Of a stretch of DNA of 64,000 bases, positions 1 through 10,218 are shown in pieces. The DNA comes from Nitrospinaceae bacterium (GTDB taxonomy: Bacteria; Nitrospinota; Nitrospinia; Nitrospinales; VA-1). The position numbers were made by a program, and so were the translations under genes. Location: assembly GCA_046754465.1 (NCBI GenBank), contig JBHHVU010000006.1, forward strand, positions 33,116-97,115, given 5' to 3'. Positions within the stretch are counted from its first letter, which is position 1. Each line of letters opens with the position of its first letter. Below the pieces are notes generated by a model. It saw nothing but the letters and a program-made list of their open reading frames with translations, was not told where the DNA came from and searched no databases.

Positions 1-574
1 CGAGAAAGGATTGCCTCTGTTCCACGCTGAGGTTGCTCCGGTAGGCGATCTGGTCCACCAGGTGGCTCAAATTCCTGCAGGAGTCCCATCCCGTCTCTTC
101 CCTGTTTTTTTTCCCGGGGGGCAGCAGGCGGGTTAATTGGTGGTAATGATCGATCAAATCCCTTTTGAGCGGGTGGGTTCCACCCTGAATGTCCTGGTCG
201 TTGATTTCCCGCAGGAATTCGATATCCGCCCGCCGGTAGGGTTTTCCGCCCTCTTCCCGGACAACGCGGAACCGGCCGGCGCCTCTGAGGACGATATCGA
301 ATTTGCCGTCATCGAATTGAAAGTATTGGTCGATTTTTCCTACACAACCAACGGATACAATAGGAGGAGCGCCATAATAATCGGCCTCCCAGCCCGGCTT
401 CAGGAGAACCATGCCAATGCGGCGGTCACCTTCCAGGGCATCGGTAACCATTTTCCGGTACCGGGGTTCGAAGATATGAAGCGGCAGGTGGGTGTTCGGA
501 TAAAATACGGTTCCCGGCAAGGGAAACAGGGCCACCTGCCCCCCCAGTTTGGCAGAGTCATTTTCGGTGTTCAT
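1..574 (-). CDS. Lon peptidase N-terminal (substrate-binding) domain protein, runs off the window start
   Basis: Not in the ORF track. Manual translation from ATG at 574: MNTENDSAKLGGQVALFPLPGTVFYPNTHLPLHIFEPRYRKMVTDALEGDRRIGMV..., with the LPLHIFEPRY signature of Lon-N proteins. Confidence 0.88.
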   Translation of the reverse strand, partial: MNTENDSAKLGGQVALFPLPGTVFYPNTHLPLHIFEPRYRKMVTDALEGDRRIGMVLLKPGWEADYYGAPPIVSVGCVGKIDQYFQFDDGKFDIVLRGAGRFRVVREEGGKPYRRADIEFLREINDQDIQGGTHPLKRDLIDHYHQLTRLLPPGKKNREETGWDSCRNLSHLVDQIAYRSNLSVEQRQSFL

Positions 575-788
575 GGGATGATTTTGTTAGAATACGGTTG
601 CCTTTTTTGCAATCACTTTAGCCCGATATCAATTATTTTCCCAAAAAACTTTTGATATTTCCCCAAAAATTTCCATCCACCCCGGTTTAAAATCCTTGCC
701 GTGAAAAATGCATCTTAATTTTCAAGGGGTTCAGGATTTGGCCGGTGTGGATTGAATTTTAAAAATTTATTTTTTTATTTTCGGCGCA

Positions 789-2240
789 ATGATAACGAAA
801 CCCGAAGAAATATATTCCAAAATCACCTCTTCTCTCATCCGTTCGGGCGTGTTTTCCCTGGACGGGAACAGCGATGACGAAACAAATACCTGGCGCATCT
901 CCCCGGAACCGTATTTTCTTTCCCCCGAGGATGTCGAATTCTTTTCTCGCCTCGGAAACCATCTGCTGAAATTTTACACCGTTCTCAACCAGTTTTATTA
1001 TGACAGCCTCAAGGGAAAACTGCCCCCATGGTTTTCCGAATATCTGGATGCCGGCAAACCCCCCCATTTGGTCGATTATGGAAGAATGAACCGGTTCCGC
1101 CGAGACCTGCCGGGAATCATCCGACCCGATGTGATTGTAACGGAAAATGGATTTTCAGTGACGGAACTCGATTCGGTCCCGGGGGGATTTGGCACCACCG
1201 CCCGGTTGATGTCCATTTACCGGCGGGAAGGGACCGAAATGGTCGGTGTCGGGGAAGGCGGTATCCCGGAACTATTCTACAAGATGGCCGAATCGACGGC
1301 GGGCCTTGAGGGGTGTGTGCTGGGTATCGTGATTTCCGATGAGGCCAAGGATTATAAACAGGAGATGCGGTTTCTTGCCAGTTTATTGAGGAAGAAGGGG
1401 TTTCCTGTTTACGCGGTGCATCCGCGCGAGGTCCGTTTCAAGGAAGAGGGACTTTTCATTGAGGAGGGAAACAGGGAAATCCAACTCGATGTGATTTACC
1501 GTTTTTTCGAGTTGTTTGATCTGAAGAATATTCCAAAATCCGATCTTTTCATGTACAGCAACAAAAAAGGCCGGGTAAAAACCACCCCCCCATATAAAAC
1601 CCATCTGGAAGAGAAATTGAGTTTCGCTTTGTTTCACCATCCCGCCCTGGCGCCATTTTGGGAAAAAGCGCTGGGAGTTGAAACTTTTATCACCCTATCT
1701 CATCTAATTCCCAAAACATGGGTCCTGGATCACCGCGAATTACCTCCTCATGGAATCATTCCCGGACTGACTCTAAAAGGGACTCCTGTCCGGGATTGGA
1801 GGGAATTGTTTCCTCTGACCCAGAAAGAGCGGCAACTGGTAGTGAAACCCTCCGGGTTTTCTCCCGATTCCTGGGGCAGCCGGGGCGTGGTGATCGGCCA
1901 CGATGTTTCCAGCGCGGAATGGAGGCGGACCCTGGAGGAAAGTCTGGCGAAGTTTCCGGAACAACCGTCCGTTTTGCAGGTGTTTCATAAGGGAAAAGTG
2001 ATCCGAGCTTCCTACGTTCATCCGCAAGCAGAATCGGCGATCGAAATGAAAGCCCGAGTTCGCCTGACCCCGTATTATTTTGTCGTGAAAGGATCCGCCC
2101 GTCTGGGAGGGATTCTTGCCACGCTGTGTCCCCAGGATAAAAAGAAAATCCATGGAATGGAGGATGCGATCCTGATTCCATGCGCCTTTAAAAAAGGGAC
2201 CGGGATTTACTCAAACCCGGTTTCAGCGGGAGAAAAATGA
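789..2240 (+). CDS. Uncharacterised ATP-grasp-like amide ligase (glutathionylspermidine synthase / circularly permuted ATP-grasp-like)
   Basis: 483 aa; IIRPD...TELDSVPGG, LVVKPSG...SWGSRGV and VLQVF motifs in the order seen in permuted ATP-grasp ligases. Confidence 0.6.
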   Translation: MITKPEEIYSKITSSLIRSGVFSLDGNSDDETNTWRISPEPYFLSPEDVEFFSRLGNHLLKFYTVLNQFYYDSLKGKLPPWFSEYLDAGKPPHLVDYGRMNRFRRDLPGIIRPDVIVTENGFSVTELDSVPGGFGTTARLMSIYRREGTEMVGVGEGGIPELFYKMAESTAGLEGCVLGIVISDEAKDYKQEMRFLASLLRKKGFPVYAVHPREVRFKEEGLFIEEGNREIQLDVIYRFFELFDLKNIPKSDLFMYSNKKGRVKTTPPYKTHLEEKLSFALFHHPALAPFWEKALGVETFITLSHLIPKTWVLDHRELPPHGIIPGLTLKGTPVRDWRELFPLTQKERQLVVKPSGFSPDSWGSRGVVIGHDVSSAEWRRTLEESLAKFPEQPSVLQVFHKGKVIRASYVHPQAESAIEMKARVRLTPYYFVVKGSARLGGILATLCPQDKKKIHGMEDAILIPCAFKKGTGIYSNPVSAGEK

Positions 2241-2476
2241 TTCGCCTCTATAACATAGACGGATGCGGTTACTGTGCGATGGTCCGCCGCGTTCTGGAAG
2301 AATTACAGTTGGCCTACGAGAAAATTGATGTCCCCTGGCCTTTCTCCCAGCGGCAGGAGGTGTACCAGGTATCTGGTCAGTATACTGTTCCGGTCCTCAT
2401 TGATGGGGAAACGGTGCTGGACGACGAAAATGAAATCATTAATTACCTGAAGCATACTTATCATGGCAATTCATAA
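2237..2476 (+). CDS. Glutaredoxin
   Basis: 79 aa; CGYC active site and TVP cis-Pro motif; ATGA overlap with the upstream stop. Confidence 0.88.
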   Translation: MIRLYNIDGCGYCAMVRRVLEELQLAYEKIDVPWPFSQRQEVYQVSGQYTVPVLIDGETVLDDENEIINYLKHTYHGNS

Positions 2477-2494
2477 ATCAACCAAAGGGTCGAT

Positions 2495-3658
2495 ATGGAA
2501 CAGTGGCAAAGATTATTAAGCCAAAGCGTGGTTAGAGTGGAAGATTTGCCCTTCATCGCGGATAAGCCGGAGAAGTACCTGGAAAAATTAAAACAGGTGG
2601 CCGAAATTTTTCCGATTCGGATCAATTCCTATTTTCTGGAGCAGATCAAGACGGAAAATGACCCTTTGTGGAAACAGGTGGTGCCCACGCTTGAGGAAAT
2701 GGACGATTTCATCGGCGATGAATCGTTGCTGTTGACGGATCCCTTGAACGAGGAAGGTGACATGCCCGTACCCGAACTGGTTCACCGGTATCCGGACCGG
2801 GTGCTTCTCATGGTGAACAATCATTGCCCCATCATCTGCCGGTTTTGTACACGCAAACGCAAAATCGGAATTCCTGGTGTGGTCACCCGCGAGACCCTGC
2901 GCCGCGGAATCGAGTACATTCGCAACCATCCGGAAATTCGGGATGTCATCCTTTCCGGGGGAGACCCGCTTTTGGTCCCCGATAAAGAACTGGACCGCAT
3001 TCTTGGGGAATTGCGGGCCATCCCGCACCTGGAAATCATCCGCATCGGAACCCGGGTGCCGGGAACCCTGCCCCAGCGCGTGACCGAGGAGCTTTGTTCG
3101 ATTCTGAAAAAACATCATCCCCTGTATTTCAATATGCACTTCAACCATCCCGCGGAGATCACCCCCGAAGTGGAAAAAGCCTGCAACCGGCTGGCCGATT
3201 CCGGCATTCCTCTGGGAAGCCAGACCGTTCTTCTCGAAGGGGTGAATGACGATTCCCGTATCATGCGGGAGTTGATGCACAAGTTGCTGAAAATCCGTAT
3301 CAAACCCTATTACATTTATCAGGCCGACCTGACCCTGGGAACGAATCACTTCCGCACCAAGGTGCAAAAGGGTCTGGACATCTTGAAGGACCTGCAAGGC
3401 CATACGTCGGGAATGGGCGTCCCCTATTTCGTGATCGATACCCCCGGAGGGGGCGGCAAGGTCCGGTTGCTGCCCGATACCATCATTGAACACAACCAGA
3501 ATGAAGTGATCCTTAAAAATTACGAAGGGAAGACCTATCGATACCCACAGGCCGATTCCAATGCCGTGAAACACCCCGCGTCCCACGCCCCACGGAAACC
3601 GGAATCCGCTTCTTCCGGAAATATCTGCACGTTGCCCGACGCGGCGAATATTTGCTGA
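2495..3658 (+). CDS. kamA: KamA-family radical SAM lysine 2,3-aminomutase
   Basis: HRYPDRVL, CPIICRFC, SGGDPL, HFNHP, PYYIYQAD, DTPGGGGK (PLP lysine). Confidence 0.88.
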   Translation: MEQWQRLLSQSVVRVEDLPFIADKPEKYLEKLKQVAEIFPIRINSYFLEQIKTENDPLWKQVVPTLEEMDDFIGDESLLLTDPLNEEGDMPVPELVHRYPDRVLLMVNNHCPIICRFCTRKRKIGIPGVVTRETLRRGIEYIRNHPEIRDVILSGGDPLLVPDKELDRILGELRAIPHLEIIRIGTRVPGTLPQRVTEELCSILKKHHPLYFNMHFNHPAEITPEVEKACNRLADSGIPLGSQTVLLEGVNDDSRIMRELMHKLLKIRIKPYYIYQADLTLGTNHFRTKVQKGLDILKDLQGHTSGMGVPYFVIDTPGGGGKVRLLPDTIIEHNQNEVILKNYEGKTYRYPQADSNAVKHPASHAPRKPESASSGNICTLPDAANIC

Positions 3659-4081
3659 TCCTGCCTTGAAAGCCTGAAATGGCCCGGTTTGAATACTGAA
3701 CCCCAAGGTTCCCTATGGCCCCTCCCTATAGACCCCCTTGTCCCCCATGTAGGAGGTTTTAATTCCGGCCCCTATCCCCACCGGGAGAACTCCTTTTTCC
3801 CGTTCATTTTGTTTCATTTTCCCGACTTTTCACCCAAAATAAGGAAAAAAAATATCCTTTGCCTTTCCTGAGAGAGGAAACCGAGGGTTCCAGAAAATTT
3901 TCCGGTGAAATTTTGCGCCAGTGGGCGGGACCATTCAAGAGGTTTTGAGACTGCCTCAATCAACCCGAAAAAATGGCCAAATTTCTGTAAAATCAAGAAT
4001 TCATTAGACTTATGCCCGGTTTCAGGTTATATTAATTTGAGGTAAGTTTGCACAAATTACTACACAATCTGGTCCATTTTA

Positions 4082-5794
4082 TTGATGATTTTTCATTCCG
4101 ATCTGTCCATTTCGACTTATTGGGTCCTTGGGCTCGCGGTGTGTTTGGCGTCATGCGTGACTCCGGAGGCTGCCTCGAAGAGGGAGACCCCCCGGCCCAT
4201 GGAAAACCTGGTTCAAGTGCAGCCCGCGGAACTTCCCAAAGGGTTGAAAACAAGGGAGAAAGACACCCTTCCCTTCGACCTGACCCTGATCCAACCCGAG
4301 TTGAACCCCAAAATTCCCCGGGAGAGAGGCCCCAGGTTCACCTTGGCGGCCCGGGATGTGGATGTCAAAACCATTTTATTCGCGTTGTCGAAAAAAATTG
4401 ATCAGAACATCATCATCGATCCGGATATTTCCGGAAAAGTCACCGTGAACCTGAAGGAAGTCACTTTGAAGGAAGCCCTGCGGAGCCTGCTGAGCCCTCT
4501 GCGCCTGGTTTTCGATATAGAAAAAGATTTCATCCGGGTCGAGCCCGCGAAAATGGAGACCCGGATTTTCCACCTGAATTACATAATTTCCCACCGGACG
4601 GGAGGCGGAAACCTTCGGGCTTCGCGGAGCCTGGATTCATTTCGGGCAGCCAACTGGACTCAAAATGAGTCGGCCAACCTCGGGGGAAGCCTCGAGGCCT
4701 CACTCGCGGAAACCCCCTCATCCAGTTGGGTCCATTCTTCGGAAGAAACGGATATCTGGAAGGAAATTTTGTCCGGCCTGCGGCAAATTGTTTCGGGCGG
4801 GACCGGGGAGAGCGTCAGGTCCGGGAAGGTATCCAATTCTCATTCCTTTCCCTCCGGCCGCCATGCCACGTCTGAGGATTTACCCACCCGGCCCGATTTT
4901 TCCGTGAACCGGCAGTCGGGAATCATCGTGGTCACCGACTACCCCGATGTCCTTCTGCGGGTGGCGGAATTCCTGGAAGCGGTGGAAGGATCGGTTCAGC
5001 GCCAGGTTTTTATCCAGTCCAGAATCATCGAGGTTTCACTCACCGAGCATTATCGTACGGGAATCGATTGGGACGAAGTCGCTCCCTTGAACCTCGCTTC
5101 CCCCGGGAAGGTTCCTTCGGGCAAAAAGGGCCTCATGTATGGTGTGGGAGACGCCCATCTCGACGCGATTGTCGACGCACTTTCCCGCCAAGGGGAGGTG
5201 CGGGTGCTCTCGAGCCCCAAAATTGCCACGTTGAACAACCAGCGCGCCGTGATCAAGGTGGGAACCGAGGATATCTTGTTCGTTCCGGAAAGATCCGGAA
5301 CCTCCAAAGCCTCCCGAAAGCCGCGGGGCTACGTTCCATCTCCATTTATTATGGGGATTGTTCTCGATGTCGTTCCCCAAATCAATGCTAACGGAATGGT
5401 CATGATGAGCATCCACACCAGCATCAGTGAAAAAACCGGGGAACGGGTTTCCCCAGACGGATGGAATACCGTGCCCATTCTGGATGTGAGGGAATCCAAT
5501 AGCGTGGTCCTCGCTGAAAACGGGCAGACGGTCGTGATCGGCGGACTCATGAAATCGAAAAAGGGCCCCCGGGAGGACCCGGGGTCCTGGCTCGAAGATA
5601 TTCCTATTTTCGGAGGATGGTTTCAACAGGATGAAACCACTTCCAAAAAATCCGAATTGGTTATCCTTCTCACCCCGGAGATCATGGCGGGCGGGGCCGT
5701 GGAGGATCGTTTGAGAATCGAGACGGACCGCCTCACCAGGTTCGGGGAACCGGGGTCCGTTGTCAATCCGGGACTCTCCTTCAACCAAAATTGA
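4082..5794 (+). CDS. mshL: MSHA-type pilus secretin, MshL-like lipoprotein
   Basis: Lipobox LASC; STN/secretin N domains; GIDW, VLSSPKIATLNNQRA, TVVIGGLM, ELVILLTP secretin motifs. Confidence 0.82.
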   Translation: MMIFHSDLSISTYWVLGLAVCLASCVTPEAASKRETPRPMENLVQVQPAELPKGLKTREKDTLPFDLTLIQPELNPKIPRERGPRFTLAARDVDVKTILFALSKKIDQNIIIDPDISGKVTVNLKEVTLKEALRSLLSPLRLVFDIEKDFIRVEPAKMETRIFHLNYIISHRTGGGNLRASRSLDSFRAANWTQNESANLGGSLEASLAETPSSSWVHSSEETDIWKEILSGLRQIVSGGTGESVRSGKVSNSHSFPSGRHATSEDLPTRPDFSVNRQSGIIVVTDYPDVLLRVAEFLEAVEGSVQRQVFIQSRIIEVSLTEHYRTGIDWDEVAPLNLASPGKVPSGKKGLMYGVGDAHLDAIVDALSRQGEVRVLSSPKIATLNNQRAVIKVGTEDILFVPERSGTSKASRKPRGYVPSPFIMGIVLDVVPQINANGMVMMSIHTSISEKTGERVSPDGWNTVPILDVRESNSVVLAENGQTVVIGGLMKSKKGPREDPGSWLEDIPIFGGWFQQDETTSKKSELVILLTPEIMAGGAVEDRLRIETDRLTRFGEPGSVVNPGLSFNQN

Positions 5795-5802
5795 AAAAAG
5801 CC

Positions 5803-7356
5803 ATGTACGAAAACTTTTTCCATTTTAAAGAAAAGCCTTTCAGTTTAACCCCCGATCCCAGGTTCATGTTTCTGAGCAAACAGCATCAGGGGGCGCTCGA
5901 CCATATGTTGTATGGAATCAACCAGCGGGAGGGGTTCATGGTCATCGTCGGGGATGTCGGAACGGGAAAGACCACCCTGTGCCGATGCCTGCTGGACCGA
6001 TTGCCGGAAAATATCCAGGTGGCGCTGATCCTGAATCCCATGCTTTCCGACATGGATCTTTTGAGGACCTGCGTGCACGACCTTGGAGTGCGGCCCGCGA
6101 AAGCCTACCAAGGCGACGCGGTCCTGGCTGGGGCCTCCGACCCCGGCCCGGAGGAAGAAGCCCCGGCGGAGGACACCCAGGAACCGCCGGACGCCGAATG
6201 GGTCAACCGGGCTTCCAAAAAGGAATTGATCGATGCCCTGAACGCCTTCCTTCTCGCCCAGCACGAATCGGGAGGTTCCACGGTCCTGATCATCGATGAA
6301 GCACAGAACCTCTCATTGGATGTGATGGAGCAGCTCCGCATCCTGTCCAACCTGGAAACGGAAAAAGAGAAACTTCTCCAGATCATTTTCGTGGGGCAGT
6401 TGGAATTGAATGAAAAACTGAAACTCCCCGCGCTGAAACAGTTGAACCAGCGAATTTCCATCCGCTATGAAATCACACCCCTCCACAAGGAGGAAACCGT
6501 TCAATACATCAGTCACCGGATTCTCGTTGCCGGGGCGGGGTCCCGGGTCTCGTTCACCCGGTCCGCCCTGAACGAAATTTATAGTTATTCACGAGGATAT
6601 CCAAGACTGACCAACCTGGTGTGCGATCGTTCTCTTCTGGGCGGATACAATGCCCAGGTGGATACCATCGAGCGTACGCACGTTCGGCAGGCCATCAAAA
6701 GCCTTTTAGGCGAAGAGGACAAGGATTATTTCCGCGACTGGTTTCTCAAGGCACGCTTGCCGGTATTGGCTTCGTTTCTGTTTTTTATCGCCGGCCTGGT
6801 TTTTTTCTCTCTCCCCTACCTGAAGGGCCGTGACAATAGTCCCTCCGGGAATGTGTTGTCCCTTCTGGGAGGGGTCGTCGCCCCGCCAGACAAGGGGGTG
6901 ATGCCGGGTCCGCGACAAAGAAGTGTTCCGCCGGCCGCCCGGAAAAATCCGGATAAAAATTTCAAGCCCACCCGGGCTCCCGCGGCCCCTCCCCCCATTC
7001 CACCGGCTGCCGTTCCCTCCCCCGGCCGTGCGCCGGCGGAAACCCTCCAGGAAGAAAACGGCCCCTTGGCCTCCCCCGATGAAGAACCCGTGCAACCTTC
7101 CCGGGGGAAGGCCGCAGTGAAATACCGGATCCAGATCTATTCCCTGAAAAATGAAGCCCGCGCAAAAGCGGAAGTGCAAAAGCTCGAGGAGGAAGGATTC
7201 GATGCCTTCTGGAAAAAGGCGGAGTCCATGGGAAAAGACTGGTTCATCGTGTACGTCGGACCCTTTCCGGATATCGAGCAGGCCCGGATTTATCTGGACG
7301 CTCTGAAATATTCCGGCCGAAATCCTATTTTGTTATCGGTTTCAAAGTCCGGCTAG
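5803..7356 (+). CDS. ExeA/MshM-family AAA ATPase with transmembrane helix and C-terminal SPOR domain
   Basis: MYENFFHFKEKPFSLTPDP, Walker A GDVGTGKT, Walker B IIDEAQNL, GYPRLTN; C-terminal YRIQIYS...VYVGPF; start set at ATG 5803 (ORF track 5791). Confidence 0.88.
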   Translation: MYENFFHFKEKPFSLTPDPRFMFLSKQHQGALDHMLYGINQREGFMVIVGDVGTGKTTLCRCLLDRLPENIQVALILNPMLSDMDLLRTCVHDLGVRPAKAYQGDAVLAGASDPGPEEEAPAEDTQEPPDAEWVNRASKKELIDALNAFLLAQHESGGSTVLIIDEAQNLSLDVMEQLRILSNLETEKEKLLQIIFVGQLELNEKLKLPALKQLNQRISIRYEITPLHKEETVQYISHRILVAGAGSRVSFTRSALNEIYSYSRGYPRLTNLVCDRSLLGGYNAQVDTIERTHVRQAIKSLLGEEDKDYFRDWFLKARLPVLASFLFFIAGLVFFSLPYLKGRDNSPSGNVLSLLGGVVAPPDKGVMPGPRQRSVPPAARKNPDKNFKPTRAPAAPPPIPPAAVPSPGRAPAETLQEENGPLASPDEEPVQPSRGKAAVKYRIQIYSLKNEARAKAEVQKLEEEGFDAFWKKAESMGKDWFIVYVGPFPDIEQARIYLDALKYSGRNPILLSVSKSG

Positions 7357-7368
7357 GGGAGAGTTGTC

Positions 7369-8685
7369 TTGAGCCTGATCGCCAACAGCCTGAAAAAGGC
7401 CATCAAGGAGAAATCCTCCAAACGCAACCCCGGGCCGGGGATGGGTTTATTGGGAGGGGGAAAGGGCGCCAAGCCACCCCTCATTTCCATGATCTTGAGG
7501 TTGCTCCTTCTTGTGGGACTCCCCACGGGGGTTTTGATCTATTTGATCTCCGTCGGCGCCTTTAATGTACGCAAGGAAAAAGGTTCCCCGCCGCCGGTCC
7601 CGTCCGCCCAAAAATCACTGCGAAAACAGAAAGCGTCTCCCCCGGCGGAGGCAAGATTTCAGACCCGGCAGAAGGCTGTGCGGCCCTCTTTCCCTCAACC
7701 CCTTCCCGGGCGGCTGAACCAGCCTCCTTTTCCCAGAAGACAGCCTCGCACTCATAAAGTGGAGGTGGGGCCTCAAAAAATCCCGCAACAGGAAAAGACA
7801 TTTGGTTCCCTCAGCCGGGAAAAGATCCCCCAACGCCCGCGGCTGAGGCCCCCGCCGGCAGGGTTTCCCCAGGTTTCCCAAAAACGGGGCAGGGTGACGC
7901 CTCCCCCGAGCCGGGCGCTGGAGCCGGTGACCTCCGGGGAGGTCGCCCGCAAAAAACCTCCGCCGCGGTACCCTCCCCCGAAAAAAAAGGGAAAGTCCAT
8001 TGTGGCGGGAGCCCGGCCGGAGAAGGGCAAAACGAAGGCCGCGTTACCGCCCACGCCAGACAATGTGCCGGAAATCCGCACCACTCTGTCCAAGCCGTCG
8101 GAGGACGTGTTCCAGAACAGTGATTTTTATTTCAACCGCGCGGTTTTTTTCCAGCAGTCCCAGGAGTGGGACAAGGCCCTGACCAATTATATCCAGGCGG
8201 CCAAACTGGACCCCGACAATCCGGATACCTACAACAATATGGGCGTGATTTACAAGGAACTCGGAAAATACGAAGCGGCGATCGAAGAATTTCTCAGGGC
8301 GGTCTTTCTGGACCCGGACTATGCCAAGGCCTACAACAACATCGGCGTGGTCTATTTCATGCAGAAAAACTACGAGGGGGCCATCCGGAATTATCAGAAA
8401 GCCGTGGAGATCAATCCCCACAATCTGGAGGCTTTCAACAACCTGGCGATCGTTTATAAGAACCAGGAACAACCAGAAAAAGCGAAGGCGGTTCTCAACA
8501 AGGCCCTTTCCCTGAATCCGGACCATCCGGGGACCAATTACAATCTGGCGGTGCTTTACGAGGCCTACGGCGACATGACCCCCTCGATTTATTATTATCG
8601 CCGGTTCATGGATCTTGGAAAAATCAGTTATCCCTCGCTGGTGTTTGAGGTGCAAAAACATCTCGAAGCCCTGAAAACACCCTAG
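7369..8685 (+). CDS. Membrane-anchored TPR protein, MshN-like
   Basis: MSLIANSLKK start typical of MshN/GspB-like proteins, TM helix, Pro/Lys-rich linker, about five TPRs (YNNMG, YNNIG, FNNLA, YNLA). Confidence 0.75.
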   Translation: MSLIANSLKKAIKEKSSKRNPGPGMGLLGGGKGAKPPLISMILRLLLLVGLPTGVLIYLISVGAFNVRKEKGSPPPVPSAQKSLRKQKASPPAEARFQTRQKAVRPSFPQPLPGRLNQPPFPRRQPRTHKVEVGPQKIPQQEKTFGSLSREKIPQRPRLRPPPAGFPQVSQKRGRVTPPPSRALEPVTSGEVARKKPPPRYPPPKKKGKSIVAGARPEKGKTKAALPPTPDNVPEIRTTLSKPSEDVFQNSDFYFNRAVFFQQSQEWDKALTNYIQAAKLDPDNPDTYNNMGVIYKELGKYEAAIEEFLRAVFLDPDYAKAYNNIGVVYFMQKNYEGAIRNYQKAVEINPHNLEAFNNLAIVYKNQEQPEKAKAVLNKALSLNPDHPGTNYNLAVLYEAYGDMTPSIYYYRRFMDLGKISYPSLVFEVQKHLEALKTP

Positions 8686-8900
8686 GAAAGTGACGCAGTG
8701 TTTCCCGTTCCCCGAGGGGCACTCCCTCACCGTTAGGGAAACCCGGTGGAAAACCCAGGCACCGCCGGGAGGGTTGCCGTCTCATCCTGAAAAGGGGGAA
8801 TGGATTAAAACTGAAATTCGGCGGGGAAATCGAGTAAAATGGGGCATTCCCGAAACTTCAAGGAACCTTCCCCGGAGGCTGGGGGCCGGGGTCGACAAAA

Positions 8901-9590
8901 TTGAAAAAAACGATTAAGAAAAATTTGATTGCGGGGCTGCTCGTCACCGTGCCCGCTGGCTTGACTTACCTGGTGCTGGCCTTTGTCATCCGGAATGTGG
9001 ACGAAGCCATGGTTCCGGTCATCACCAAGGTTTTCGGTGAATCCGTACTGACGTGGATGGAGGAGTATCATATTCCCGGAATGGGATTCGTTTTTCTGAT
9101 CCTTTTCATCATTTTGGTGGGGTTGTTCGCCACCAATTTTCTTGGGCGGAAGGTGGTGCAAATCGGCGAACGCATCCTCCACAAAATCCCGTTCGTCCGC
9201 GTCATTTATACCAGTATCAAAAAGGTGGTGGACACAATTTCACAGACCCGGGGACCCACGTTCCAGAAAATGGTTCTTGTGACCTATCCCCGCCCGCCGT
9301 TAAAGACTCTGGGAATCGTCTGCTGCGATACCAAGGGGGAGATTCGGAGCAAAACCCTGGGCGACACCATCAATGTTTTCGTACCGACTTCTCCCAATCC
9401 CACCACGGGGTTTCTTTTGATGGTGCCGCGCAAGGATCTGGTCTTTCTCGAGATGTCCGTTGAGGACGGATTGAAAATGATTATATCCTTCGGAATGGTG
9501 GGGCCCAACGGGGCGAATGAACTTTCGCCCGAAAGCGAAAAAGGGCTGGACCGGGATACCGGCGCCCGGCCGATATCGGCGGGTTCCTGA
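8901..9590 (+). CDS. DUF502 family membrane protein
   Basis: IAGLLVTVP, IPFVRVIYTSIK, VFVPTSPNPTTGFL motifs. Confidence 0.9.
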   Translation: MKKTIKKNLIAGLLVTVPAGLTYLVLAFVIRNVDEAMVPVITKVFGESVLTWMEEYHIPGMGFVFLILFIILVGLFATNFLGRKVVQIGERILHKIPFVRVIYTSIKKVVDTISQTRGPTFQKMVLVTYPRPPLKTLGIVCCDTKGEIRSKTLGDTINVFVPTSPNPTTGFLLMVPRKDLVFLEMSVEDGLKMIISFGMVGPNGANELSPESEKGLDRDTGARPISAGS

Positions 9591-9592
9591 AT

Positions 9593-10207
9593 CTACCTGG
9601 CGGCGGGGGTTTTTCGTTTTCCCGCGAGTTTCTCGCTGAGTTGCTTGGCGACCTTGACATCCAACTTGCTGAGCACCTTCCCCGCGACCTTGCTTTTCAT
9701 TCCTGAAATGATCTGGAGCGCCAGGTCTTCGTTGATGGCTTCCAGCAATCGCGCGGCCTCCTGCGGCTTCATGCTGGAATAGGCCTTGACCAGCGCCTGG
9801 ACGTTCTTCTTGACCAGGTCTTTCTGGATCCCCAATTGCTGCTCGCTCTTGGCGATGGCCGCCTCAATTTTTTTAAGGTCCTGCTGAATATTTTGCTCCA
9901 GGGTTTTCAGGCGTTGTTCCCTCAACCGGATTTGTTCTTCCCGCTTTTTGAGGTCCCGGTTTTTCTTTTCGATCGTTTCAATCATCCGGAAAGCTTCCGG
10001 ACTGATTCCCGAAACGGGTCCGGGAAGCTTGACCGGCGCCGCCGGTTCTTTTTTTTCCTGGGCGGATTCATCCTCCGGGGCGGACGGTTTTTCCTCCTGG
10101 GCGAAAACCATTCCGGGATTTGGGGGAATGCTAACCGGGGCAACCCCCAGCGCCCATAAGAACGCCGCGGTGGGAATGATAACAGTAATAAGGATTCCGA
10201 CCTTCAT
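9593..10207 (-). CDS. MotE/FlbB-like flagellar protein (MgtE-N-like C-terminus)
   Basis: Signal/TM, coiled coil, YSSMKPQEAARLL...AGKVLSKLD; directly after fliJ; start set at ATG 10207. Confidence 0.78.
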   Translation of the reverse strand: MKVGILITVIIPTAAFLWALGVAPVSIPPNPGMVFAQEEKPSAPEDESAQEKKEPAAPVKLPGPVSGISPEAFRMIETIEKKNRDLKKREEQIRLREQRLKTLEQNIQQDLKKIEAAIAKSEQQLGIQKDLVKKNVQALVKAYSSMKPQEAARLLEAINEDLALQIISGMKSKVAGKVLSKLDVKVAKQLSEKLAGKRKTPAAR

Positions 10208-10218
10208 AGTCCGCCTGA

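Noticed and set aside
2495..3658. EpmB or glutamate 2,3-aminomutase assignment
   Set aside because: GGGGK tail and both lysine-binding Asp positions fit the clostridial KamA type; no efp or epmA nearby
3973..3988. Possible sigma54 promoter TGGCCAAATTTCTGT before the secretin
   Set aside because: The -12 position reads GT rather than GC
3659..4081. c-di-GMP riboswitch upstream of the MSHA-like genes
   Set aside because: No GCAAAC/GAAA/GACGCAAAG arrangement found by eye on either strand
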